Source: an uncultured cyanobacterium (GTDB lineage Bacteria; Cyanobacteriota; Cyanobacteriia; Leptolyngbyales; Leptolyngbyaceae). From it: a DNA stretch of 64,000 bases. Both the position numbers and the translations under genes were made by a program. The notes beneath the pieces were generated by a model, which saw only the letters and a program-made list of their open reading frames with translations, had not been told where the DNA came from and searched no databases. Positions 34,063 to 44,383 of this stretch are shown here, in pieces. The stretch spans positions 33,212-97,211 of the forward strand of contig CAVYAN010000041.1 of the NCBI GenBank assembly GCA_963766075.1, written 5' to 3'. How positions within the stretch are numbered: position 1 is the stretch's first letter; the number at the start of each line of letters is the position of its first letter.

Positions 34063-34554
34063 TTACCGCTGAAACCAAGCCGTCAGTGCCACAGCTAAGC
34101 CATCGGCAGCATCATCAGGACGAGGAATTTCATCCAGGCTGAGCTCCCGAGCAACCGCCGTCTGCACTTCCAGCTTGTCAGCATTGCCGTAGCCCGTCAG
34201 GGCCTGCTTAATTTGGGCCGGTGTGAATTCTACAAACGGGACATCGTGTTGGGCTAGCACCAGCATGACAATCCCCCTAGCCTGGGCCACCAAGATCGTA
34301 TTGCCCATGCGATAAAAAAATAGTTTCTCAATCGCCACTAAGTCCGGTTGCCACTGCTTGAGGACGGTGTGCAAATCATCGTAAATCGTGATTAACCGCT
34401 GCCCCAGTTCCTGCTTTGCCTGGGTTTCGATGACCCCAAAATCCAGTACAGAGACATTTTTGGCGTTCGAGCCTGACGAGTCGCCTCGGCAGGCCAGCAT
34501 GCCAAAACCTAGCCGTGCCAGCCCTGGATCCAGTCCCAGAATACGTTTTTCCAT
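34063..34554 (-). CDS. ruvC: Holliday junction resolvase RuvC
   Basis: [38 protein letters not shown]. Confidence 0.97.
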   Translation of the reverse strand: MEKRILGLDPGLARLGFGMLACRGDSSGSNAKNVSVLDFGVIETQAKQELGQRLITIYDDLHTVLKQWQPDLVAIEKLFFYRMGNTILVAQARGIVMLVLAQHDVPFVEFTPAQIKQALTGYGNADKLEVQTAVARELSLDEIPRPDDAADGLAVALTAWFQR

Positions 34555-34586
34555 GAGGGTAAGGGCTGCGATCGCGGCATTCTCGA

Positions 34587-35693
34587 TTATTCAGCCTGGA
34601 TTTCAAACACTTGATTAAACACCTTCTCGACCTTATAGCCCGAGTCGATGGATTCCAGGGGATCTTTGCGAAGACGGTGACGCAGACACAGGGTCACAAC
34701 GCGGCGAATGTCGTCTACGGTGACTTCGGTACGCTGCTCAAAGGCAGCGATCGCCCGCGCGGCCCGATTAGTCACAATATCACCCCGCAGCCCATCCACG
34801 TTCAACTCAGAACAGACCTGGGAAATCTTCACTCGCAGATCGTAGTCGATCGTCACTTGCTTCAGCAGATTTTGGGCATTGACGATTCTTTCGCGCAGAG
34901 CGGTTTGTTCGGCTTCGCAACGCACCAGAAACGCCTGAGGTTCTTGGTCAAACTCCGTGCGTTCCTCCACGATTTTCACCCGCAGAGCCGGTTCTCTAAC
35001 GGTATGAATTTCTGAATGCATGCCAAACCGATCCAACAGTTGGGGCCGCAGCTCACCTTCCTCGGGATTTCCCGATCCGACTAGGACAAAGCGGGCCGGG
35101 TGGCGAATCGAAATCCCTTCCCGTTCGACGGTGTTCCAGCCAGAGGCCGCTGAGTCCAGCAACACGTCCACCAAATGGTCATCCAGCAAGTTGACTTCAT
35201 CCACATAGAGAATGCCACGATTGGCCTTGGCCAGCAATCCGGGTTCAAACGCTTTCACCCCTTCGGACAACGCCTTTTCAATGTCGATGGTGCCGCAAAC
35301 CCGGTCTTCCGTGGCCCCCAGGGGCAAATCGACCATGATAATTTTTTTCTTGGCGATGGGCAATTCTTGGCCCTGCTCTACCAGTTGACGCACGGAATCC
35401 GCCATCATTTCAGGATCGCGGGGATGACTGTTGAAGGGGTCATCCGCCACGACTTCCATTTCGGGCAGCAGGTCGGCTAGGGCACGAATGGTGGTAGATT
35501 TGCCAGTGCCGCGATCGCCCATGATCATCACGCCGCCAATCTTGGGGTCAATGATGTTCAACAACAGCGCCAGCTTCATTTCTTCCTGTCCGACGATCGC
35601 CGTAAACGGAAACACCGGGCGATGATTGATCACAGACACAGAGGAAACGGACCGACCGTTTTCAGCTACGGGAGCACTTGCAGTAAATGTCAC
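34587..35693 (-). CDS. chlI: Magnesium chelatase ATPase subunit I
   Basis: [47 protein letters not shown]. Confidence 0.98.
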   Translation of the reverse strand: MTFTASAPVAENGRSVSSVSVINHRPVFPFTAIVGQEEMKLALLLNIIDPKIGGVMIMGDRGTGKSTTIRALADLLPEMEVVADDPFNSHPRDPEMMADSVRQLVEQGQELPIAKKKIIMVDLPLGATEDRVCGTIDIEKALSEGVKAFEPGLLAKANRGILYVDEVNLLDDHLVDVLLDSAASGWNTVEREGISIRHPARFVLVGSGNPEEGELRPQLLDRFGMHSEIHTVREPALRVKIVEERTEFDQEPQAFLVRCEAEQTALRERIVNAQNLLKQVTIDYDLRVKISQVCSELNVDGLRGDIVTNRAARAIAAFEQRTEVTVDDIRRVVTLCLRHRLRKDPLESIDSGYKVEKVFNQVFEIQAE

Positions 35694-35964
35694 AACAGTA
35701 CCTTGAGTATTAAAGTCTTTTGTACAGGGTTTTCTTCGGTGTTTCTCATTGTGCCACAGAGGCTACCGGATTCAGCGCCCTTTTCCCGGCATTGATTTCC
35801 CGGCATTGATTTCCCGGCATTAAGCAATTAAAAATTCAAAGTAACTACTCAGCAGCAAAATCAGGAGAGATTGGGTCGCCCATGAATAGACTGGTGAGGG
35901 CATCGAAAAGAGGAATTCTACAGGGCCTTTCTACAGGGCCATCTCCGGGAGTTGGCGGAGGCTC

Positions 35965-36414
35965 TCATTCATCTTTTCCTATGGGAATAAAGCGCTCCAC
36001 CCACTTTGCTCCTTCGAGCACTAATACGGTGAGCAGGGTCCCTATACAGCAGGTCTGCCATAGGCCACAGGCAGCGGCAATCCCCAACGCTGCCGTGACC
36101 CACAGGGCAGCAGCCGAGGTTAACCCCTTAATCATAGGGATGCCCGGAGTCCGGGCGTAATGCATAATTTCTCCTGCGCCGATAAAGCCTACGCCAGTGG
36201 CTACGCCCTGGATGGCGCGGCTGACTGCATCCAGAGCCGGGGCGCTGGTTTCTACGGGCACAATCACAAATAGCGCTGCCCCAAGGCTCACCAGCATGTG
36301 GGTGCGAAAGCCCGCTGCTTTACCGTGGACTTGGCGATTCCAGCCGATCGCCCCACCAACCACCAAGGCCAACACCAATCGCGCCGTCAAGCTGACCCAA
36401 TTTGATTCTGGCAT
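35965..36414 (-). CDS. MgtC/SapB family membrane protein
   Basis: AAGFRTHMLVSLGAA, GVGFIGAG, GLTSAAALW. Confidence 0.92.
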   Translation of the reverse strand: MPESNWVSLTARLVLALVVGGAIGWNRQVHGKAAGFRTHMLVSLGAALFVIVPVETSAPALDAVSRAIQGVATGVGFIGAGEIMHYARTPGIPMIKGLTSAAALWVTAALGIAAACGLWQTCCIGTLLTVLVLEGAKWVERFIPIGKDE

Positions 36415-36457
36415 CGTCGTCCTTACTGCATCCAATACACATCCAATACAGGCAATT

Positions 36458-38212
36458 CTACTGGGAAGGCAAGGCAGGCGAGGCAACTTCGCTGGGTTTT
36501 ACGGCCAGCCTTGGGGCCAGGTTTACCGCAGGAGCGGCAGCGGCCATCATCCGCGATGGGGCAGTGAGGGATTTGGACACACTGGAGGTGGAGGATGCCT
36601 GCGGTCGAGGGATGGCGGGGGCAGGCCGTTTGGAGTTGGCGCTACCCATGGGACTCGCGTTGTCAGCTTGGGCGATCGCCCGATCCAATTGCTCCAGGGC
36701 GATCGGTTCACCGGGCTGTCCCGGCACATCCACAACCACCAAATAGCCGGTGTACTTTGGACCGGCAACAGTTTCCAAGGCCGTCAACAGTTTAGGCATA
36801 TCGGCATCTAACAGTTCCCCTTTCTCGGTATACAGTTCAAGTGCTGAAAGACAGCCAATCGTGGGGTTCCAGTTATAGCTATTCGGATCCTTGCCTTTGC
36901 TGCCAAAGAAATCGGGGGCATCGCCTGTGCCATGAATCCGAAACAGGCTCCGGCCCGCTTTACCCGCCCAGTACGTTTGCTGCATGGCCCATACATTACG
37001 CCAGGACGGCGGCAGTAAATTTTTATAGGCATCGATGCTCCCCGTAAAGCTCCCTGCTTTTCCGGGGAGAAACTGCTGCGCCCCCGGCTCAAAGGGCACG
37101 AACAAATTCACCAAAGGAAACTGCCCAAAGGCCCGGAAAAACTCATCATCGGGCTGGGGGACACTGCCCTCGATCCGATAGATGCCCTGGGGCGTTTGCC
37201 CCCGGGAAAAGTTCCAGGCTAGCCCGTGAATTGAACGCAACAACAAGGGCACAGACCACAGCTTGCCATCCGCATGGCGGACAAATTCCCCGTCGCGGTT
37301 TTTCAAAACGGTGCGGCACAGCACGTCACGATCGGGCTGACAGACCGCATACAGGTGCAACTGCTTAGGGGCGATTTCCCAGCGCAACAAGTCGCCCAAT
37401 GGTGGCAGGGGAGAGGGGGTGAGTCCTTCAGCCACGTCGCGCAGGGTGGTTTGCAGGTGCACGTTGGCGGGCCAATTGGGAAACCGGGTTTTAATCTGCT
37501 CAACCAGGGACTGCAGGACGGGTGGGGCGGTGCCCACTTTGGCCAAGTTGGCGAGGGAAACCGCCACCCATTGCGGATCACTGCTTTGGGCGATCGCCGC
37601 ACCAAACCGCTGCCCAAAACTGCCATAAAACTCGGGATTCATCAGATATAACTGTGTTCCCACCCGCATAGCCATATCCACTGTGCGCACCTGGGCCGCC
37701 GACAAATCCCGGCGCACCATCATTTCCAGCAGTTGGCCCACTCCGTCCCGCACAAACGCGTCCGTGGGCTGCACCACCGCCGTGGTCCAGAGCAAGTGAC
37801 GCCAGTGCTGTTCAGTCGCCGAGGTAACGGGAAATCGGCTAAGGTCGTAGTTATCGGGTCGAATCTGCCGCAGTTGTTCCTGCCGCAGGCCCGCCCGAAA
37901 GTCCGCTGTGGCGATCGATTTTTCGCCATTACTACCGACCAGTCCCTGCAATCCCCCGGCATTAGAGAGCGTAGCGGGCTTCCAAGAGAATGCCGTCAAC
38001 AGCACACAGACGACTAGTGCCACCTTGCTGTACCTGGGTACCCAACGCACGTCAACTGGGTCATCATCAGTCTGGCGGGGATTCCAGCGCCGGATGGAGC
38101 GGTAAGGAGTCCATCGGGGTGGCTTGAGGGAACCCAGAGACGTTTGATGGCAGCGCTCGGCCAGGTGGTTCAGCCAATTTTCGCGATCAGGTGCATGACG
38201 GGACTTGGGCAT
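36458..38212 (-). CDS. Hypothetical exported protein with a possible L,D-transpeptidase (YkuD)-like catalytic motif
   Basis: Hydrophobic segment near the N-terminus; GQTPQGIYRI ... FRIHGTG ... PTIGCL. Confidence 0.65.
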   Translation of the reverse strand: MPKSRHAPDRENWLNHLAERCHQTSLGSLKPPRWTPYRSIRRWNPRQTDDDPVDVRWVPRYSKVALVVCVLLTAFSWKPATLSNAGGLQGLVGSNGEKSIATADFRAGLRQEQLRQIRPDNYDLSRFPVTSATEQHWRHLLWTTAVVQPTDAFVRDGVGQLLEMMVRRDLSAAQVRTVDMAMRVGTQLYLMNPEFYGSFGQRFGAAIAQSSDPQWVAVSLANLAKVGTAPPVLQSLVEQIKTRFPNWPANVHLQTTLRDVAEGLTPSPLPPLGDLLRWEIAPKQLHLYAVCQPDRDVLCRTVLKNRDGEFVRHADGKLWSVPLLLRSIHGLAWNFSRGQTPQGIYRIEGSVPQPDDEFFRAFGQFPLVNLFVPFEPGAQQFLPGKAGSFTGSIDAYKNLLPPSWRNVWAMQQTYWAGKAGRSLFRIHGTGDAPDFFGSKGKDPNSYNWNPTIGCLSALELYTEKGELLDADMPKLLTALETVAGPKYTGYLVVVDVPGQPGEPIALEQLDRAIAQADNASPMGSANSKRPAPAIPRPQASSTSSVSKSLTAPSRMMAAAAPAVNLAPRLAVKPSEVASPALPSQ

Positions 38213-38624
38213 AGAATACAGCCAGGTAGTAACTTAACATGACTTGACAACAGAGAGTCCACAGTCCCGACCCAGGAACCTGGGACAGAGAGCACGGTAG
38301 AAGTAGAGCGGCACCGCAGACGTGAAGAGAGCGGACAAAAATGGAGAATGGAGCGGAAAAATTATTAGAGATGATTTTCTCCGTTTTAACATCCATTCTC
38401 TGGGCAATATTGCATAATTCCCTAATTTGTAAAGAAAAGTCGCTGAATGGGAAAGATTCGTTACTGGCATTGTCTTGTCAATGAGACGGCCTGAAAACAA
38501 TTCGGGAAAATAGGCCAGGAATCAGGAACTAATGGTGTGCTTTGGAATTCTTCATAATCAAGGGCACTGTGTTACCATCTGTATCAACTGAAGAGGCTGA
38601 ACGCCGTGCCTCAGTTAATTCTCG

Positions 38625-39725
38625 GTGGTGGAGGAGAGTATTCGAGTGAGTAACAATTTATCATTAGGCTATCCCAGTCTTTACGGACAACGAGGGCTTT
38701 CCGATCCTATACGCATTGGCGTAATTGGGGTGGGAAATATGGGTCAGCACCATACACGCGTGCTGAGTTTGCTGAAGGATGTGGAATTGGTTGGAGTATC
38801 CGATACCAGTGTTGAACGGGGAATTGATACCGCCAGCAAATACCGGGTTCGGTTTTTTGAAGACTATCGCGTCATGTTAGAGCATGTGGATGCTGTCTGT
38901 ATTGCCGTTCCCACCCGATTACACCATTCGGTGGGGATGACCTGTTTACAGGCAGGCGTGCATGTGATGATTGAGAAGCCGATCGCCGCCAGCATTGCTG
39001 AGGCCGAATCCTTGGTCAACGCGGCAGCGGAAACCCATCGCATTTTGCAGGTGGGGCATATTGAGCGGTTTAATCCAGCGTTTCAAGAGCTGAGTAAGGT
39101 GCTGAAGACGGAGCAACTGCTGGCCCTGGAAGCGCACCGCATGAGTCCCTATGCGGATCGGGCCAATGATGTTTCCGTGGTATTGGATTTGATGATCCAT
39201 GACATCGATCTCTTGTTAGAGTTGGCTGCGTCTCCTGTGGTGAAGCTCATGGCCAGTGGCAGTCGGGCTGAGAGTTCTGGCTATCTGGATTATGTCACGG
39301 CGACCTTGGGCTTTGCCAATGGCATTGTGGCCACCCTGACCGCTAGCAAGGTGACCCACCGCAAAATCCGGCGGATTGCGGCGCACTGTAAGTCCTCTTT
39401 AACGGAAGCAGATTTTCTCAAAAACGAAATTTTAATCCATCGGCAAACAACAGCCAACTGCTCGACGGATTATGGGCAAGTGCTGTATCGCCAAGATGGC
39501 CTGATTGAGAAGGTCTACACCAGCAATATTGAGCCTTTGCATGCTGAGTTGGAGCATTTTGTCCACTGTGTTCGGGGCGGGGATCAGCCTTCTGTCGGGG
39601 GTGAACAGGCCCTGAAAGCCCTGAAGCTGGCCAGCCAGATTGAACAAATGGCTCTGGATGGACAGGTTTGGCAGCCGCGTGATTTGCGGATGAATGAGCT
39701 GGGTGTGCCAGTAGTGGCGGCTTAG
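38625..39725 (+). CDS. Gfo/Idh/MocA family oxidoreductase
   Basis: IGVIGVGNMG, HVMIEKP, VGHIERFNP, DLMIHDID; start uncertain. Confidence 0.93.
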   Translation: MVEESIRVSNNLSLGYPSLYGQRGLSDPIRIGVIGVGNMGQHHTRVLSLLKDVELVGVSDTSVERGIDTASKYRVRFFEDYRVMLEHVDAVCIAVPTRLHHSVGMTCLQAGVHVMIEKPIAASIAEAESLVNAAAETHRILQVGHIERFNPAFQELSKVLKTEQLLALEAHRMSPYADRANDVSVVLDLMIHDIDLLLELAASPVVKLMASGSRAESSGYLDYVTATLGFANGIVATLTASKVTHRKIRRIAAHCKSSLTEADFLKNEILIHRQTTANCSTDYGQVLYRQDGLIEKVYTSNIEPLHAELEHFVHCVRGGDQPSVGGEQALKALKLASQIEQMALDGQVWQPRDLRMNELGVPVVAA

Positions 39726-39906
39726 CCCTAGGGAAGGTGGCGCGATCGCCCAGCCCTGGTGAGCGATCGCGTAATTAAAAATTAAATAGTCCAGCAAAAA
39801 TTAAACAGTCCGGTGTGAGTCGATTTCGGGGGATAGCGGAGCCGTTAATGCTGCTGGGATTGGCCAGGGTGTTTTTTGGGGTGGGTTTTCTGGGCGGGAA
39901 CTGGGT

Positions 39907-40392
39907 ATGGTGAATTTGCGGGTTGGAAATGGCTACGACATCCATCGGTTGGTGCCGGAGCGATCGCTGATTTTAGGGGGCGTCAAAATCGAGCATGATT
40001 TGGGCCTGCTGGGGCACAGCGACGCCGATGTGCTGACCCACGCGATTATGGATGCCATGTTGGGGGCGCTAAGCTTGGGGGACATTGGCCATTATTTTCC
40101 ACCAACCGATCCCCAGTGGCAGGGAGCAGATAGCTTGGAGTTGCTCAAACAGGTGCATCAGTTGATTCAGGATCGAGGGTGGCAAATTGGCAACATTGAT
40201 TCCGTGGTGGTGGCTGAGCGTCCGAAACTAAAGCCCCATATTGCGGCAATGCGCGATCGCCTTGCTGCCGTGCTGCACTTGGATGCCGATCGGGTGGGTA
40301 TTAAGGCCACCACCAACGAAAAGCTGGATGCCCCGGGTAGGGAAGAGGGCATCTGTGCCCATGCGGTAGTGTTACTCCTACGCCCAGACTAA
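39907..40392 (+). CDS. ispF: 2-C-methyl-D-erythritol 2,4-cyclodiphosphate synthase
   Basis: [36 protein letters not shown]. Confidence 0.97.
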   Translation: MVNLRVGNGYDIHRLVPERSLILGGVKIEHDLGLLGHSDADVLTHAIMDAMLGALSLGDIGHYFPPTDPQWQGADSLELLKQVHQLIQDRGWQIGNIDSVVVAERPKLKPHIAAMRDRLAAVLHLDADRVGIKATTNEKLDAPGREEGICAHAVVLLLRPD

Positions 40393-40570
40393 TGCGTCAA
40401 GACTAACGCGCCCAAATTAACGCGCCCCGAGGGATGCACTTAGAGGGATGCCAGAGGGATGCACTTAGAGGGATCACTGGCCCAGGGACTACGGGAGCCT
40501 CCAAAAGTAGGGGCATGCGGGCGAATCGGCGCGGTAGGATAAATAAGTAGGTTTTGCAGAGGATGCCAGC

Positions 40571-41443
40571 GTGGTTGTTAAGCCGGAATGGTTGCGGGTA
40601 AAGGCTCCCCAATGGGAGCGGGTGGGCAGTGTTAAAGAAATTCTGCGGGATTTGGCCCTGAACACCGTCTGCGAAGAAGCGTCCTGTCCCAATATTGGTG
40701 AATGCTTTAACAACGGCACTGCCACGTTTTTGATTATGGGTCCAGCCTGTACCCGTGCCTGCCCCTACTGCGATATTGACTTTGAGAAAAAGCCTCAGCC
40801 CCTCGATCCCACAGAGCCTGATCGCCTTGCCGAAGCTGTCCGCCGTCTACGCCTCAATCATGTGGTGGTGACGTCGGTGAATCGCGATGATTTGCCCGAT
40901 GGGGGAGCGAGCCAGTTTGATCGCTGCATTCAGGCGATTCGCGCTGCTTCTCCAGGGACGACAATTGAGGTGCTTATTCCCGATTTGTGCGGCAACTGGG
41001 AGGCGTTGGCGATGATTTTGCAAGCCCAACCGGAAGTCCTGAACCACAATACAGAAACGATCGCTCGCTTGTATCGGCGGGTGCGGCCCCAAGGAGACTA
41101 TGCGCGATCGCTAGAACTGCTGCAACGCAGCCGCACCCTGGCTCCCGAAGTTTATACTAAAACGGGCATTATGGTCGGCTTGGGCGAGACCGATGCAGAA
41201 GTGCGCCATACCCTGCGGGATCTGCGGGCTGTGGATTGCGATATCGTCACGATTGGCCAATACCTGCAACCCAGCCAAAAGCATTTGGGTGTGCAGGAAT
41301 TTGTCACTCCGGAACAGTTTGATGGCTGGCGCGATTATGGCGAATCCATCGGCTTTTTGCAGGTGGTTTCGACGCCCCTGACGCGCAGTTCCTACCATGC
41401 CGAGAAGGTGCGGGTGTTGATGGAGCGGTATCCACGGCGATGA
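40571..41443 (+). CDS. lipA: Lipoyl synthase
   Basis: [20 protein letters not shown] (radical SAM), RSSY. Confidence 0.98.
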   Translation: MVVKPEWLRVKAPQWERVGSVKEILRDLALNTVCEEASCPNIGECFNNGTATFLIMGPACTRACPYCDIDFEKKPQPLDPTEPDRLAEAVRRLRLNHVVVTSVNRDDLPDGGASQFDRCIQAIRAASPGTTIEVLIPDLCGNWEALAMILQAQPEVLNHNTETIARLYRRVRPQGDYARSLELLQRSRTLAPEVYTKTGIMVGLGETDAEVRHTLRDLRAVDCDIVTIGQYLQPSQKHLGVQEFVTPEQFDGWRDYGESIGFLQVVSTPLTRSSYHAEKVRVLMERYPRR

Positions 41444-41476
41444 GGGCAGAGGAGTAGACCTATAGCGAGTGGATCC

Positions 41477-42413
41477 ATGAAAATTGTTATCCTGGGGGCC
41501 GGAGCATGGGGCAGTACCTTAGCAACCTTGGCAGCCCAAACCACCGATCATACGGTGCATCTTTGGTCGCGCCGGAGTCCTGAGCCCCTGGCGGAGCTTT
41601 TGACCACGGCGGATGTAGTGGTTTCGGCGATTTCGATGAAAGGGGTGCATGCGGTGGTGGAGCAGATCCAGGCGGGGACAGATCGCCCCTTCGACCCTTT
41701 TTGTTACCGCGACCAAAGGGCTAGATCCCGAGGCGATCGCCCCCACGGGCTTGCCCTACCTGCCTTCGCAAATTTGGCAAGCGGCTTTTCCCCAGCATCC
41801 GGTGGTCGTGCTGTCAGGACCCAATTTATCGCAGGAAATTACAGCCGGACTACCTGCCGCAACGGTGGTGGCCAGTGCCCAAACTGAGGCGGCCACTACG
41901 GTACAGCGAGTCTTTTCTTCCACAGCCTTTCGGGTTTATACCAATGCCGATGCCTTGGGGGTGGAACTGGGGGGCACCTTGAAAAATGTGATGGCGATCG
42001 CGGTGGGCACCTGCGACGGTTTGCAGTTGGGGACAAATGCCAAAGCGGCACTGGTCACTCGGGGATTGGCGGAAATTATCCGGATTGGCAGCTACTGGGG
42101 GGCAAAGCCGGAAACCTTCTATGGCTTATCCGGTTTGGGTGATTTACTCGCGACATGCAACAGTCCCCTCAGCCGAAATTACCAGGTGGGTTACGGTCTG
42201 GCGCAGGGGGCGACGCTGCCGGAGGTTTTAGCAACCCTACAGGGCACAGCGGAAGGGGTCAATACGACCCGGGTGTTGATTAAATTGGCCCAGCAGCAAA
42301 ATATTCCGCTCCCGATTACTTACCAGGTCCATCGACTGCTGAATGACGAGATTACACCCCAAGAGGCTGTAGCAGCGCTGATGCTGCGGGATACCAAGCC
42401 AGAAGGGTATTAA
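41477..42413 (+). CDS. gpsA: NAD(P)H-dependent glycerol-3-phosphate dehydrogenase; apparent +1 frameshift near 41678
   Basis: GAGAWG; ATKGL, LSGPN, GGTLKNVMAIA, GLGDLLATC, SRNY. Confidence 0.93.
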
Positions 42414-42532
42414 AGCCGAAGAGGGATTGAAGAAAAGATCAGGTAAGCCTGGGCGGGAGCGAAGAGGGGGTGGGACAGCCATCGGATAGCATAATTTGCT
42501 AGCAAATATGCCGATTATATTGATATAATGTT

Positions 42533-42576
42533 AAGTTGTACAAGCTTAAGTTGTACAACTTAAACTTGTACAAGTT
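42533..42576. promoter_or_regulatory. Three phased TTGTACAA palindromes, candidate operator
   Basis: TTGTACAA at 42536, 42551 and 42566 (15-bp period), directly after a TATAAT at 42524. Confidence 0.5.
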
Positions 42577-42929
42577 CGCTAGATGAGTTAGACGGTGGCA
42601 TCTGGATGGTGATATGCTGCTGCCCCGGCTTTCACGTACTCACTTTCCTGCAATGCTGCAAGACAAATCTAACCATTAAACGATTAAAAAAACGTTCGTC
42701 TTTTAGTCCGAGCGCTAGAATCATGTGGCCATAGTTGGCCTATTCACTTCTAGCCTTAGGCTGATCCTAGTTTTGAATTAATCATAATCAAGAGTTTTGT
42801 CGTAGTTCAATAGAAGGCTTGATTGTGGTTTTTGTGGCAAATTTAAGGGTTTCATTTTAGTTATAAAGATTTTAAAAAGGTGCCAGTTCCCAGTTTAAGT
42901 GCCCCCCAAAAGCAGGAAGAGATTGTCCT

Positions 42930-43585
42930 ATGCTATACCATGGTTTTACAGCAAAGCTGGTGGTTGACCCCGACGAAAACTTAATCAAGGGTAGGATTCT
43001 GGGTGTACAGCAGGACATTCGCTTTAGCGGAAAAACCGTCGAAGAAGTAAAAGCGCACTTTGAAGCTGCCGTCAACGAATTACTAAAAACGGGGGGGGAG
43101 ACAGCGAAAAGAATTACAAGGGACAAATTGCCTTTCGGACCGATGCCGAGACCCATCGTAATATTGCCCTTGCTGCTGAAAAAGAGAATTTCTCCGTCAA
43201 CGCCTGGATGGAAAAGACCTTGCAGGAGGCAACTAAGCGATCGCTGGCCAGTCGTGATGGGGTGGAAGATCCCAATTTGTTGCAGCATTTAATTGTGGAA
43301 GATCGCTATGCCTCGATTGATTTTTTCAGTTCTTTAGATACACTGCTAGTGCGGAACGATTTGTTTGGCCTTGCGGAGGCGGTGCGGCAGTTTATCATCT
43401 TCTTAGACGAAGCCTTGATTCAAGTAGCACCCTATTTGAATCAACCCAGTGATCTGGCTCTATTTTGGATGGAGGCGACTCAGGTGATTGGCAAATATCT
43501 CCAGAACCATGTGGCAGCTCAGAAACATTACGACTCGCCACAGGCAGTTACTGATCATCCCAAGTCAAAGGGGACTTTTAAATGA
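42930..43585 (+). CDS. HicB-family protein with a C-terminal extension; frameshift in the G8 tract 43091-43098
   Basis: YHGFTAKLVVDPDENLIKGRILGVQQDIRFSGKTVEEVKAHFEAAV / EKNYKGQIAFRTDAETHRNIALAAEKENFSVNAWME (HicB RHH), then about 120 extra aa. Confidence 0.8.
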
Positions 43586-43648
43586 ATTTCACCCAGGGAT
43601 TTCGCGTCGATCACTAGTCCCTAGGGCTCAGAAAGATGATTTAGATTA

Positions 43649-44335
43649 TTAAGAAATAATACCCATCTGCGTTGCGATTCGACAGAGGGCGATCCGAGAG
43701 TTGGCCGTTCTGTTTTCAACACTCACATTGAGCTTCTCTTTCAAGGCTTTGACATAGTTCTGGGCCGCTCGTCGAGATACATGCAGATGCTGCGCGATCG
43801 CCTCATCCGTAAGGTCTTCTTTGCAAAGTAAATTCAAAATCTGGATTTCTTGGGCTGTCAGCTTACTTTGAATTTCCGCCCGTGCATTCATTTCGGCCCG
43901 CAAGCTTGCCGGAATATACTTGCCCCCTGCTAAAGCAATCCGAGCCCGCTCTAGAAAAACATGCCGCTGTTCCAGCTTATTGGCAATGGCAAATCCGCCT
44001 CCATGGGCATCAATTTTGTGAGTCAAGGGATCAATGCGCCGATACTCACTGCTGTAAACCAAAACGTTCAATAAGGGGTACTGAGCCAATATGTGTTTCA
44101 ACAGTTGCAAGCCGTCTTCCGCAGACTGCGTTCCTCGAATATTACCGTAGAGCAAATCTACAACGGCTAAATCGGGCAACTCCAGGGATAGCTGGGCGAT
44201 CGCCTGATCGGGTGATTCTACGATGGTACAGTGGCTATGCCGACTTGGATCGACCCGTTTCAGCCATTCCTTATTGCTTTCAGCCATCTCGGGATGGTCT
44301 TCAACCACCAAAAACAGTCGTGGTCTGGAATTCAT
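43649..44335 (-). CDS. NarL/LuxR family response regulator
   Basis: FLVVEDH, AVVDL, LTAQEIQIL...IAQHLHVSRRAAQNY HTH. Confidence 0.92.
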   Translation of the reverse strand: MNSRPRLFLVVEDHPEMAESNKEWLKRVDPSRHSHCTIVESPDQAIAQLSLELPDLAVVDLLYGNIRGTQSAEDGLQLLKHILAQYPLLNVLVYSSEYRRIDPLTHKIDAHGGGFAIANKLEQRHVFLERARIALAGGKYIPASLRAEMNARAEIQSKLTAQEIQILNLLCKEDLTDEAIAQHLHVSRRAAQNYVKALKEKLNVSVENRTANSRIALCRIATQMGIIS

Positions 44336-44383
44336 AAGCGCCTGAGGAAAGATTTACCCTTCCCAGAAGTTTATCAAATTGGC

